From an uncultured virus (IMG/VR IMGVR_UViG_3300002092_000038) (taxonomy: Duplodnaviria; Heunggongvirae; Uroviricota; Caudoviricetes), in the IMG/VR virus record IMGVR_UViG_3300002092_000038: 64,000 nucleotides of DNA. One strand, 5' to 3'. Of the stretch, positions 41,391-50,900 are shown in pieces. The notes beneath the pieces were generated by a model, which made no database searches, was not told the DNA's origin, and worked only from the letters and a program-made list of their open reading frames with translations. The position numbers and the translations under genes were made by a program. Position 1 is the first letter of the stretch. Every line of letters starts with the position of its first letter.

Positions 41391-43988
41391 TTATTTTTTA
41401 TTCTTATTTTCTTTAATCCAAGAACTAATTGCTTCTTCTGCTTGTGAAATAGATCCTACAGGATCTAATTGTATCATAGATACTTCTTTTGGGTTATTAA
41501 TATTTTTGGTGTACAAATTTACGTAATAACCGTCTTGATTCCTCTGATAAATTGCTCTCACTTCATAATTTCCATTATTAATATATCCTTTAGGATCTGC
41601 ATTTTCAAAAGTCATAACTCCTCCTTTAGCACTATTAGAAGAACCAGAGCCATTATCATTAAGATCTAATTTCTTTTCTATTTGTTTATAAGGATTAGAA
41701 GCATCTAAATGCATTTGCATTGCTTGTACAGAAGTAATAGGAACATCTTCTTGTTGATCCCCATCACTGATTTTTAAATAATATTGATTTTTACTTTCAT
41801 CAAACCAATACCCTACACCAATATTTTCTTTATTCTTTTTTTCATCTTTAGAGGATAATATAGCACTAGCAATACTGTAAGGTTTATCCCCACCTTTTTT
41901 AGCAGCAGTTAAAATAGGAACAGCTATATTTTTTATAACATCTGTATTAGTTTCTGCTTTACCTGACGTAAGCATAGTTTCTTGTGGCCTATATAATCTA
42001 GAACCAGAAAGAACTTGATTATTTAAAAATGCTTCTCTATCTTCTGTAGACTGAGATACTCCATCTACAATATTTTTAGCATATACGGGTATAGCATCAT
42101 ATTTATCTTTTGTCATACCATATTTAGCTAAAATTTCAGCTTCATTTTCTTCTGCTTTAGTTAAATATTTAGGATCATTAGGTACAGCAGAAGAAGCTGG
42201 TATATTTTTAATTTCTTTTCTTATTTTAGAATATAATTCAACATCTTTACCTGTAATAGATACTCTTTCATTAGTAGATGGAGAATTTACTACTATAGGA
42301 TTATTATTCAAATCATCTATACCTTTGTATAATTTAATAGTTTCTGGATCTTCTTTAACATGCTGGTCCCAGGCTGCTTTTGCTCTAGTTATTTTAGCTT
42401 TAGACATTTCTTGAATATCTTCAAGATTTTTCTTTTGAACAAAATGATTAATTTGCATCTTATTCAATTGTACTGTACCATTTTTATAAGTACCACTATT
42501 AAAAGCATCTTGATATTTACCATAAAGATTATCTATATAAGAAGATATAGATATTTGAGAACCATCATCTTCAGGATCAGTTATAGTGCCACTTTTAAGA
42601 ATAATTTTATTATCTACTATAGGTTTAAAATATTTAGCTTTTTGATCTGGAGACATATTATCATACATAAACCTTAGTTTATTGTCTTTTAACATCTGAT
42701 CATTAGTATTTACTTCTCCTTGTAAATGTTCTGCAGCATTACCCATTAAAGTAGTATTAACTCCCAAATCTATTATGTGAGGAACACTTTCTTTCTTTTC
42801 TTTGGCTTCTTTTTCAGAGTCTTGTCTTTTTCTATATTCAAACTCTTCTCTTTTAAGTTGTGCTTCTTGCCATTTCATTTGTTTAGCAAATGAAGCTTCT
42901 CCTGCATAAGTTAAACTTTGTTCTCTACCAGAACTATATAAATCAGCTTGTTCATTTCTCCAATTATCCATATACATATCATGCTTAAGAGAATCTTTAT
43001 CTTCTTCAGAAGCTTGTTCGTATATAGACATTTTATTTCTCCACAAATTATGATCGTTAAGATTATTGTGTTTTTCAGTAATATAACCCTTTAATTTTTC
43101 TATTTGATCATTTATAGCAGAAATTTTAGAAGGATTATGTGTAAATAACAAATTTTCTTCTAACTGAGAAAGATGTTGTATACCACTTTGAAGCATTTTT
43201 TGTTCTACTTCATATCCTTTTTGAGCATATGACATACCATTAAAATCTTTAAACTGGTATTCAGCATTTATATGCAATTGATCTTGTAATCCTGGGGTAG
43301 TTTCTACAAATCTGTTTAACTCAGTTAAAACCTTATCTCTGTCTCTTCCTTTGTATTTTTTTATGATTTGATCATATGTACTCATTATAGGTATTTTCTT
43401 ACCTGTAACAGGATCTATTTGACCAGCTAATAAAGTATTTACATCTTCATCAGGCTTAAGTTCTTTCATAAAAGTTCTAACAGCTTTATCAGCATCCATA
43501 TAGGTAGTATATTTTCCTATAGGAGCATCACCTACTTTCCCTGAATTTGCCCATTTGTTATAACCTTGGTCTAATAATTTCCACTTGTTAGCTACATTAG
43601 CTCCTCCAGATTTTTCATCATCATCTTTTAAAGCAGAAAATTGATTTTTATAATAAGAAGCACTAGCAGTAGCTTGTACAATTTTAGGATCTTCAGCTAA
43701 TACTGTAGCGTGTGTAGCTATAGTATTTTGTAAATGTTGATCAGACCAATCTGTACCTTTCTGTTGATTTACATCAGAAGTTAGTTTATCTACAACACCT
43801 TGTAAGTATTCTCTATCAGTTTCTTTAGCTACTGGAAGACTAGCAATAGAAGAAAGTGTTTGGTCTACTTTCTTAACGCCTTCTTGATATTCAGTATTTT
43901 TTTGTGCTAAAGCTTTTCCATATACTTCACTATCTATTGATGGTGTATAAGGATTAAACTGTTTAGATTTAGAGGCAAATGAAGCCAT
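41391..43988 (-). CDS. virion cargo or ejection protein
   Basis: Helical protein starting FNPYTPSID; immediately upstream of the RNAP. Confidence 0.65.
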   Translation of the reverse strand: MASFASKSKQFNPYTPSIDSEVYGKALAQKNTEYQEGVKKVDQTLSSIASLPVAKETDREYLQGVVDKLTSDVNQQKGTDWSDQHLQNTIATHATVLAEDPKIVQATASASYYKNQFSALKDDDEKSGGANVANKWKLLDQGYNKWANSGKVGDAPIGKYTTYMDADKAVRTFMKELKPDEDVNTLLAGQIDPVTGKKIPIMSTYDQIIKKYKGRDRDKVLTELNRFVETTPGLQDQLHINAEYQFKDFNGMSYAQKGYEVEQKMLQSGIQHLSQLEENLLFTHNPSKISAINDQIEKLKGYITEKHNNLNDHNLWRNKMSIYEQASEEDKDSLKHDMYMDNWRNEQADLYSSGREQSLTYAGEASFAKQMKWQEAQLKREEFEYRKRQDSEKEAKEKKESVPHIIDLGVNTTLMGNAAEHLQGEVNTNDQMLKDNKLRFMYDNMSPDQKAKYFKPIVDNKIILKSGTITDPEDDGSQISISSYIDNLYGKYQDAFNSGTYKNGTVQLNKMQINHFVQKKNLEDIQEMSKAKITRAKAAWDQHVKEDPETIKLYKGIDDLNNNPIVVNSPSTNERVSITGKDVELYSKIRKEIKNIPASSAVPNDPKYLTKAEENEAEILAKYGMTKDKYDAIPVYAKNIVDGVSQSTEDREAFLNNQVLSGSRLYRPQETMLTSGKAETNTDVIKNIAVPILTAAKKGGDKPYSIASAILSSKDEKKNKENIGVGYWFDESKNQYYLKISDGDQQEDVPITSVQAMQMHLDASNPYKQIEKKLDLNDNGSGSSNSAKGGVMTFENADPKGYINNGNYEVRAIYQRNQDGYYVNLYTKNINNPKEVSMIQLDPVGSISQAEEAISSWIKENKNKK

Positions 43989-44055
43989 ATATTATATGTT
44001 TTTAGAATTTTAATTTAATTAATTAGAATTACACTAGTTTAATTAAATAACATGA

Positions 44056-44087
44056 CAAAGGTACAAAAGTCTAGTGAAACTACCAAA
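44056..44087 (-). promoter_or_regulatory. Bacteroidota-type promoter TTTGGTA-N17-TACCTTTG
   Basis: Exact consensus; overlaps the 14-bp inverted repeat 44057-44101. Confidence 0.7.
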
Positions 44088-44122
44088 ACTTTTGTACCTT
44101 TAATTAATTTGAAATGTTAATA

Positions 44123-47100
44123 TTATTTAGCTATATATTTCTTTTTTTGACTAGGTTTTCTAGAAGCTATTTTTCCTCCAAAATAATCTTTTTCTGTATA
44201 AGTATTATCTTCATCTTCTGATTTTCTTTTCTTAGTATGAGATTCTTTTTTTGGATTAGTTACATTGGATATACCTACCCTTTGAGGCATAAATTCATGG
44301 TCTGGACCTATAAAATGTGGAGTACCATTTTTATCTATAACATAATGTTCCATTCCTTCATATATACCTAAAGTATTATTATCATGTTTAATTTTAGAAA
44401 CTTTATCAGCAAGACTTTCAGAAGCTCTAAATCTATTATCTTCTGTATTAGCTTTTGCTTGTGCTTGTCTAACCATTTGTTCATCAGCTAACTTAATATT
44501 CATTTCTTTAGCTTGATTTATTATTCCTACATTAGTATTAGTAGTATCAGCTATAATTCCCTGATTTACTCTAAATTCGTCTGCTCTAGTACTATTATTA
44601 ATATTGTATTTTTGAGCAGATAAAGCTCCTAAAGCTGCAGGATTATGAGCTAAAGTTTTTTCCAAAGCATTAAAATCTCCTTGATTAGCAGCCATCCTAT
44701 CATCAAAAGATACTTGATAAGCATTTTTAAGAGTTGGATTAAGTTGTTGAGATCCTACAGGTTCTACTTTTTCAAAAATAGTAGATAATTCTGGTAATAC
44801 ATCAGAAATACCTAACCTATTTCTCATACCACTAAATTTAGTCTTATCTGTACCTTTTTCATTAGGTTTCTTTTCTGCAAAATTTTTAGTTTTATCCCTA
44901 TTTAACAAACTTTGATTAGCTTCTGTATCTGTTTGTCCTTTTCTCCATTCTTCAGGATCTTTATTAGTAATATGAGACATATCTACATATTCTACTCCAT
45001 GATCATTAGGAACATAAGGACCAGGAAGAGTACTATCATCTTCTGGAACACCTTCAGTTTCATCATAATTAATTTTAGGCATGTTACTAGCATAAGCAGC
45101 ATAAGGAATTTTTTCATCTTCTTTTTCTACAGGTTCTTCATCAAACCTAAATCCATCTTTAGCTTTTTGAATTCTTATACCATATTTAGCTTTACTATAC
45201 ATTTTAGTAAGTTCTTTAGGTTCTATACCCATTTTATCAGCTTTTTCTAAAATATGATTTTGTATATCAGCTAAATATTCTTTAGTATCCGCTATAGCAG
45301 TTTCTTTTTGAGCTATAGCATCCTGCATTACTTTTCCTGTATTAAATCTAGTAGAATAAAATTTATCTTTAGGATCTGAAGTAGTTACAAGATGAGTAGC
45401 TTTATCTTTCATTTTAGAAATTTTTTGTTCTTGTTTAGCAATATCTTTACCAGCATTTTTAAATTTCTTACTAGTTCCTGGTATTGTTAAATTTCCTAAT
45501 ACATTTAAGTTGCCTTCTTTATTTACAAAAGCAGTTTCTCCACCTTCAACCTCTACAGGTTTACCTGCATAATTAATATCTATTCCTCCTTTTGTATGTT
45601 TTGGTCCTACAAACTCAAGAGTATCCCCTGTTTCTCCATTCTGACCAATATTCATAGCTGCACCACCATCTACATATAAACCTTCTTCTCCTTGAGGTTG
45701 TATAAATCCTCCTTCATAAAGTTTTATACCATTTTCACCATAACCTCCTGATTTATCTTTAGTATACCAATTAGATTTTTGTTCTTTAGGAGTAGTTCTA
45801 GCTTTAGCTTTGGCTTCTTCCAAAGTAGGAAAACCTGTTGCTTTAAGTCCTTTAGGAGCATCAGGGGAAACTCCTTGAGGTATAGCACCAAACCCTGTAT
45901 TATTAGGTGCTTTATAATTCAAATCAGCTTTAGGATTACCAAATCCTTGAGATTCGTTAGTTTGTGAACTTACATTTTTACCTAAAGCATTATTAACATA
46001 AGCATTTCTTTTATCTACATCAGTACCAAAGTTTTGTTTATCTATAACATTTCCTTTAGCATCTTGATGTTGGAATTCATAATGTCTATATCTTTGTTGT
46101 GAAGTTTTATGTCCATAAAAATTATCAACTTTAGACAAACCCTCTGCACCAGCTCTTATTTGATCCGTACCTTGTTTATTTTGAAAATCTTGTTGTATAG
46201 CAGCTAATCTAGTAGGATCTACTCCTTGAGTTTGTAAAAAATTAGCTCCTTGTTGCTGATTATGATCATTTCCTGTGTAACCTTGTTGATAAGCTACTGA
46301 TTGTGCGGCTTCCCATTGATCTCTTTCTTGTGGAGTAACAGGCTGTGGTACTACACCCCCATCAGCAAAAGCAGCATGACTGCCTGTTCCTAATGGGTTA
46401 GGATTGTAAGCGTCTATAAGTTTCTTTTTATTATCTCTTACAGGTTTATTAGGTATTAAAGCATTAACTCCTTGAGCAATACCTGCTACCACATCAGTAG
46501 ATTTAACACCATTAAGCATTTTACCCACAGCATTACCAAATCTATTTTTTCTTTTAGGTTTATCTCCTTGAGGAGCAGTTTCTTGTGCTTGTTCTTCAGA
46601 AGTTTCTTGTTCTTCTATAGGTTGGGGTTGATTTGGATCATCCATTTCCATATCCATTCCTTCAGGTCCACTACCAGGAACATTTCCTGGCTGTCCTGCA
46701 ATAGTATAACTTTTATCATATTGATTCTGAGCTTGGTATATATTCTGTTGTCCTTCTGGTCCTACAGCATTCATTCCTGCTTCAGTATCCCTAGTTGGTA
46801 AACCTCCTACGGGTTGTATAACTCCTGTACCACCTATACTAGTAGCACCAGGTATAACATCCCCTTCTAAAGCTTTTCTAGCATAGTCTCTAGTAAATTT
46901 TTTACCTTTAGTTATATACTTCACAGTCTTACCTCCATTTTCTTGTTTTTGTTTATAAGTACCTTTCATAGCATCTTTTTGTTCTTTCCTACTATTATAA
47001 TGTTCTATATTAGTATTACCAGTAAAAGGATCTATTGTTTCTATATTATAATTATCATCATAAGGTTTATTATCATCTTCTTTTTCTTTCTTTTTGATTC

Positions 47101-47629
47101 TTTTAGCCTTATCTTTATAAGTAACTTCTTGAACAGGAGCAGGAAATTCAGGAATAAAATCTTTATTATTTAAAGGAGCATTAATCCATTTATGATCTTT
47201 ACCAACTTTTTGATATTCTGGAGCATTATAATGTCCTACTACTCTATCTTCTATTTCTTTACTTTGATATAAAGAAGGTTCTGATAGATAATAGTTAATA
47301 TCATTTGTTTTAAGATTGTTATTAATATTTGATAATAACTTGCCTTCTAAAGGAAGAATATTTTCTTGAAAAGCTTTAGATCTTTTGTCTACTACATCAG
47401 CAGATTCTGTTTTAACACCAGGAGTAATCTTAGTAGCATATCTGTTAAAAGGTACTGTATTTTTTTCTACATAGTTATCTATGTTTTTATTAAAATAAGT
47501 AGAAAGATTTTTATGAAGATAAGTACTGTCTTCATATTCTTTTTTTCTCTTATCATACAGTTTTTTATCACTAGTTACTAAAGGAGCTACTTTGTCTCCA
47601 TCTTTTGCAATATATTTCTTTTTTTTCAT
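44123..47629 (-). CDS. virion cargo protein (crAss cargo 1-like)
   Basis: GPKHTKGGI...EVEGGET motif; repeated AxxG/xxGG motifs; follows the muzzle gene. Confidence 0.7.
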   Translation of the reverse strand: MKKKKYIAKDGDKVAPLVTSDKKLYDKRKKEYEDSTYLHKNLSTYFNKNIDNYVEKNTVPFNRYATKITPGVKTESADVVDKRSKAFQENILPLEGKLLSNINNNLKTNDINYYLSEPSLYQSKEIEDRVVGHYNAPEYQKVGKDHKWINAPLNNKDFIPEFPAPVQEVTYKDKAKRIKKKEKEDDNKPYDDNYNIETIDPFTGNTNIEHYNSRKEQKDAMKGTYKQKQENGGKTVKYITKGKKFTRDYARKALEGDVIPGATSIGGTGVIQPVGGLPTRDTEAGMNAVGPEGQQNIYQAQNQYDKSYTIAGQPGNVPGSGPEGMDMEMDDPNQPQPIEEQETSEEQAQETAPQGDKPKRKNRFGNAVGKMLNGVKSTDVVAGIAQGVNALIPNKPVRDNKKKLIDAYNPNPLGTGSHAAFADGGVVPQPVTPQERDQWEAAQSVAYQQGYTGNDHNQQQGANFLQTQGVDPTRLAAIQQDFQNKQGTDQIRAGAEGLSKVDNFYGHKTSQQRYRHYEFQHQDAKGNVIDKQNFGTDVDKRNAYVNNALGKNVSSQTNESQGFGNPKADLNYKAPNNTGFGAIPQGVSPDAPKGLKATGFPTLEEAKAKARTTPKEQKSNWYTKDKSGGYGENGIKLYEGGFIQPQGEEGLYVDGGAAMNIGQNGETGDTLEFVGPKHTKGGIDINYAGKPVEVEGGETAFVNKEGNLNVLGNLTIPGTSKKFKNAGKDIAKQEQKISKMKDKATHLVTTSDPKDKFYSTRFNTGKVMQDAIAQKETAIADTKEYLADIQNHILEKADKMGIEPKELTKMYSKAKYGIRIQKAKDGFRFDEEPVEKEDEKIPYAAYASNMPKINYDETEGVPEDDSTLPGPYVPNDHGVEYVDMSHITNKDPEEWRKGQTDTEANQSLLNRDKTKNFAEKKPNEKGTDKTKFSGMRNRLGISDVLPELSTIFEKVEPVGSQQLNPTLKNAYQVSFDDRMAANQGDFNALEKTLAHNPAALGALSAQKYNINNSTRADEFRVNQGIIADTTNTNVGIINQAKEMNIKLADEQMVRQAQAKANTEDNRFRASESLADKVSKIKHDNNTLGIYEGMEHYVIDKNGTPHFIGPDHEFMPQRVGISNVTNPKKESHTKKRKSEDEDNTYTEKDYFGGKIASRKPSQKKKYIAK

Positions 47630-47631
47630 TT

Positions 47632-47979
47632 TTACTTATTTATAGTAGATAAAAATTTACTTACTTCTTCCCCTAAATACCCTATTAATAAAGCTTTTGC
47701 TTCTTCATCTACAACTGCTCTATCTCTTGAAATCCATTCCATTAAATGAAACACTTCGTGATATTTGGCCTTTTCATTTTTAATATAATTCAAATTAAAT
47801 AAAATATAGTAATGATCTACATCGAAACTAATAACAAAACCTTTCATATTTTGTTCTCCTTCCATAGTTTCTTTATGTTTCTTAAACAACTTTTTTCCTT
47901 CTAAAACAATATCATCAGTAACTATAATACTTATTTTACAATCTTCTTGTTTAGAATATATAGTTTTAACTGTTTTCAT
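47632..47979 (-). CDS. small zincin-like metalloprotease
   Basis: HEVFH...EEAKALLIGY. Confidence 0.7.
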   Translation of the reverse strand: MKTVKTIYSKQEDCKISIIVTDDIVLEGKKLFKKHKETMEGEQNMKGFVISFDVDHYYILFNLNYIKNEKAKYHEVFHLMEWISRDRAVVDEEAKALLIGYLGEEVSKFLSTINK

Positions 47980-47980
47980 T

Positions 47981-50900
47981 TTAAAAAGATTTTTGTGTTT
48001 GTTCTACTATAAACCTTGATATAAACTTATAATCACTCTTTAACAAAGTAGACCTTATTTTAGAATCTTTTGCTCTTAATAAGTACTTTTTATAAGACTG
48101 ATTATTATAATTCATATTAGTTTGATTGATTTTCTTTTCTCCTGCTGAAGGAGAGCAATTATCCAACCAATTCTGAATATTGAAATTTTTCACAACATCC
48201 CAAATCATATTATATTGATAAAAATTTTCATTCTTTGTAACAAGAATAGAAATACTATCTGTATTATATTTAGGATATTGTCTGTTTTGTTGTAAATTAG
48301 TATTACTTTTAATAATCAAATCCCTAACTCCACTATTTTGGTTATTATTATAAACTATAACAGAATCAAAATAAACAGGAGAATCTACTTCAATATATTG
48401 ATTATAAGAAGTATATTTAAGAATTGTACAATACTCTTTAATAGATTGTAAGATTTCATTTTCATATTTATAAGAATAAGGAGTTTCTATAATATAAGGA
48501 TAGGCAGTTCCTCTATAATTATTAAAAATAGAATAAGTACTATTATGATCCCATATATCTGCCTTATCTAAATTATAACCAGATTGAAAATAATTTTCAT
48601 AAGCAGTATAATAATTTGGAGTATAACTATGAAAACTACTCCAAGTGTTAGTTAAAAAAGAAAAACTCATTGTCCAAGACTGGTTACAAAAATAATTAGT
48701 ATCAGTTAGCTGCACTATTTGTTTGTATGTTTTAGTAGGAGGACAATCTATAGGTAAAGTTTTTGATGGTACACAAATTCCTGATCTGCTATCATACCAT
48801 TGTCCTTCAGGACAACATGTAGTAGAACCTGGCTCATTAGTAAAGATATAAAAATTAATACCATCGAAATAAATATCATCCCTTACAGGACTGTAATCTA
48901 ATTTAGTTATTATGAACCTATGATAATAAGCATCATAAGTACCATGTAAACCTATACCATTATAGTTATTATCAGTGTTTACACCAGGAAAACTTTCTAA
49001 AATCTTAAAAGGTAAATTATTAGTAAAAAACATAGAATTCAGATATTTAGGATCTGATAAATTTTCTATCTCATTACCTTTTAATAATATTATTTGTCCT
49101 CTTTTAGCGTCTACATAAATATGACCATGTTCTGTATTAATTATCCATTTATTTTGAGTACCTGCAAAACCTGTATCTGTAGTTTTTAAATCTAAAGGAG
49201 TACCACTAAACAATTCACCAGTTCCTAGAGAAGCAGTTAATTGAGAAGTTGCTACAGTAGCAAGAGCATTATATATTTGAGAATGGTTTTCATACCTAAC
49301 TAATACTGATCTATTTTCCAAATAGTCTAATGCTTGTAAATTACCAAAGTTTTTTGGAAATTCTTTCATGTTAGCTGGTCTGTATACCAACCAATTATTT
49401 TTAGTTTCCTCAAGATCTGATTTATCAGACCATATAGCTCTATTGTTATAATTAATATAACAAAGTTGGTCAGGTTGCCAATCTGGTCTTAACAAAGAAA
49501 AATAAGTTTCTTTATTTTGTTTTGAATATGTTTTATTATAATTATAAGTATTATCATAAATTATTGGCACATTAGTTTCTTGCAACCAAGAATCAGGTAT
49601 ATCACTACTAACTTGAGGATAAAAATTACCTTCTTTCATATTAGTAGCTTGTCTCATATCCGCATTAACCTCTGATTCACAAAAGTAATAAGGTATACCA
49701 TAAGCATACAAATAAGCCATACCAGTTTCCCACAATTGACTGGTAGAGTAATTATTACATTCTAAGTTTGTTACTTTTAAACCTAAGCCATTAAAAAATA
49801 CACCACCAAATAATTCAGCTACTAGTTGTAACATTACAGCTACAAGAGCTAAACCTCCTGTAAGTATTAATAATGCTATACCACCAGTTGTATTAAATAA
49901 GTTTGTTAGGTTAGTGATACCTGGACCAAAAGTGTTAGCTATATCTAAACTAACATTATCAGTAGAATAATACCATACAGGATAACCTATGTTACCTGTT
50001 TGAGTATAATCTTGAGAAGGTGTTGTAGGATCAGGATCTTGATTATAATTTACATCAGTACCATCTGGTTTATTGACAGAAGATATATTATAAAATGGTT
50101 GTTTAATTTTAAAAGCAAATCTATTTATAAAAATATCACCACCAAAAATAGTTGGTATAGAAGTTATTTCTACTCCTTTTTTATCTACAAAATTAGAATA
50201 AAAACCAGTATCTACAGGAGTATATGAAAATATTTCACCATACTGATCAGGTAAATATCTTTTAATACTTGCATAATAAGAAGCTATTTCAGTATAAAAA
50301 GGTTTGGTAGAATTACAAACATTAGCTTGTGAAGCTGTTTGTCTAGAATTATCATTACCAGCAAAGGGAAAACCTCCTTCTACAGAAAGATATACGGAAC
50401 TTTCTCTATTAGTATTATTAATAGGATAATTATCTCCAAAAGTACCGTTTAATCCTGAAGTAATATAACCTCCAAAATTAATATTTCTAATTTTATTACC
50501 ATTGTTAGGAACAGGTGTAGAATTACCATAAAATCCTAAACAGTTATACTGCCACCCATAATTAATCCAGGGAGATAATTTATCAAGTATCTCTAAAGTA
50601 GTATTATAGGTAGGAAAAAAGTTTTGTATATCTAATGTAGGAGTTACAGAATTAGTAGTAGTATCTAAATCTTCTGTACCTACAGTAGTAGCACTACTAT
50701 GATTAAATTGAATTCCTATAGTAGAAAGTATACCAGTTATGAACGCTATTTCTAAAGCATATTTAGTTCTGATTTTTTCTCTAGCATTATCTTGTACTGG
50801 TACAAAATGACATTTAGCTGTACCAGTTTCTATAGTTTCTAATTTTAAATAAGAACCTTCTATTCCATTAGGTTGATAAAAATGAGTATCAGGACTATGA

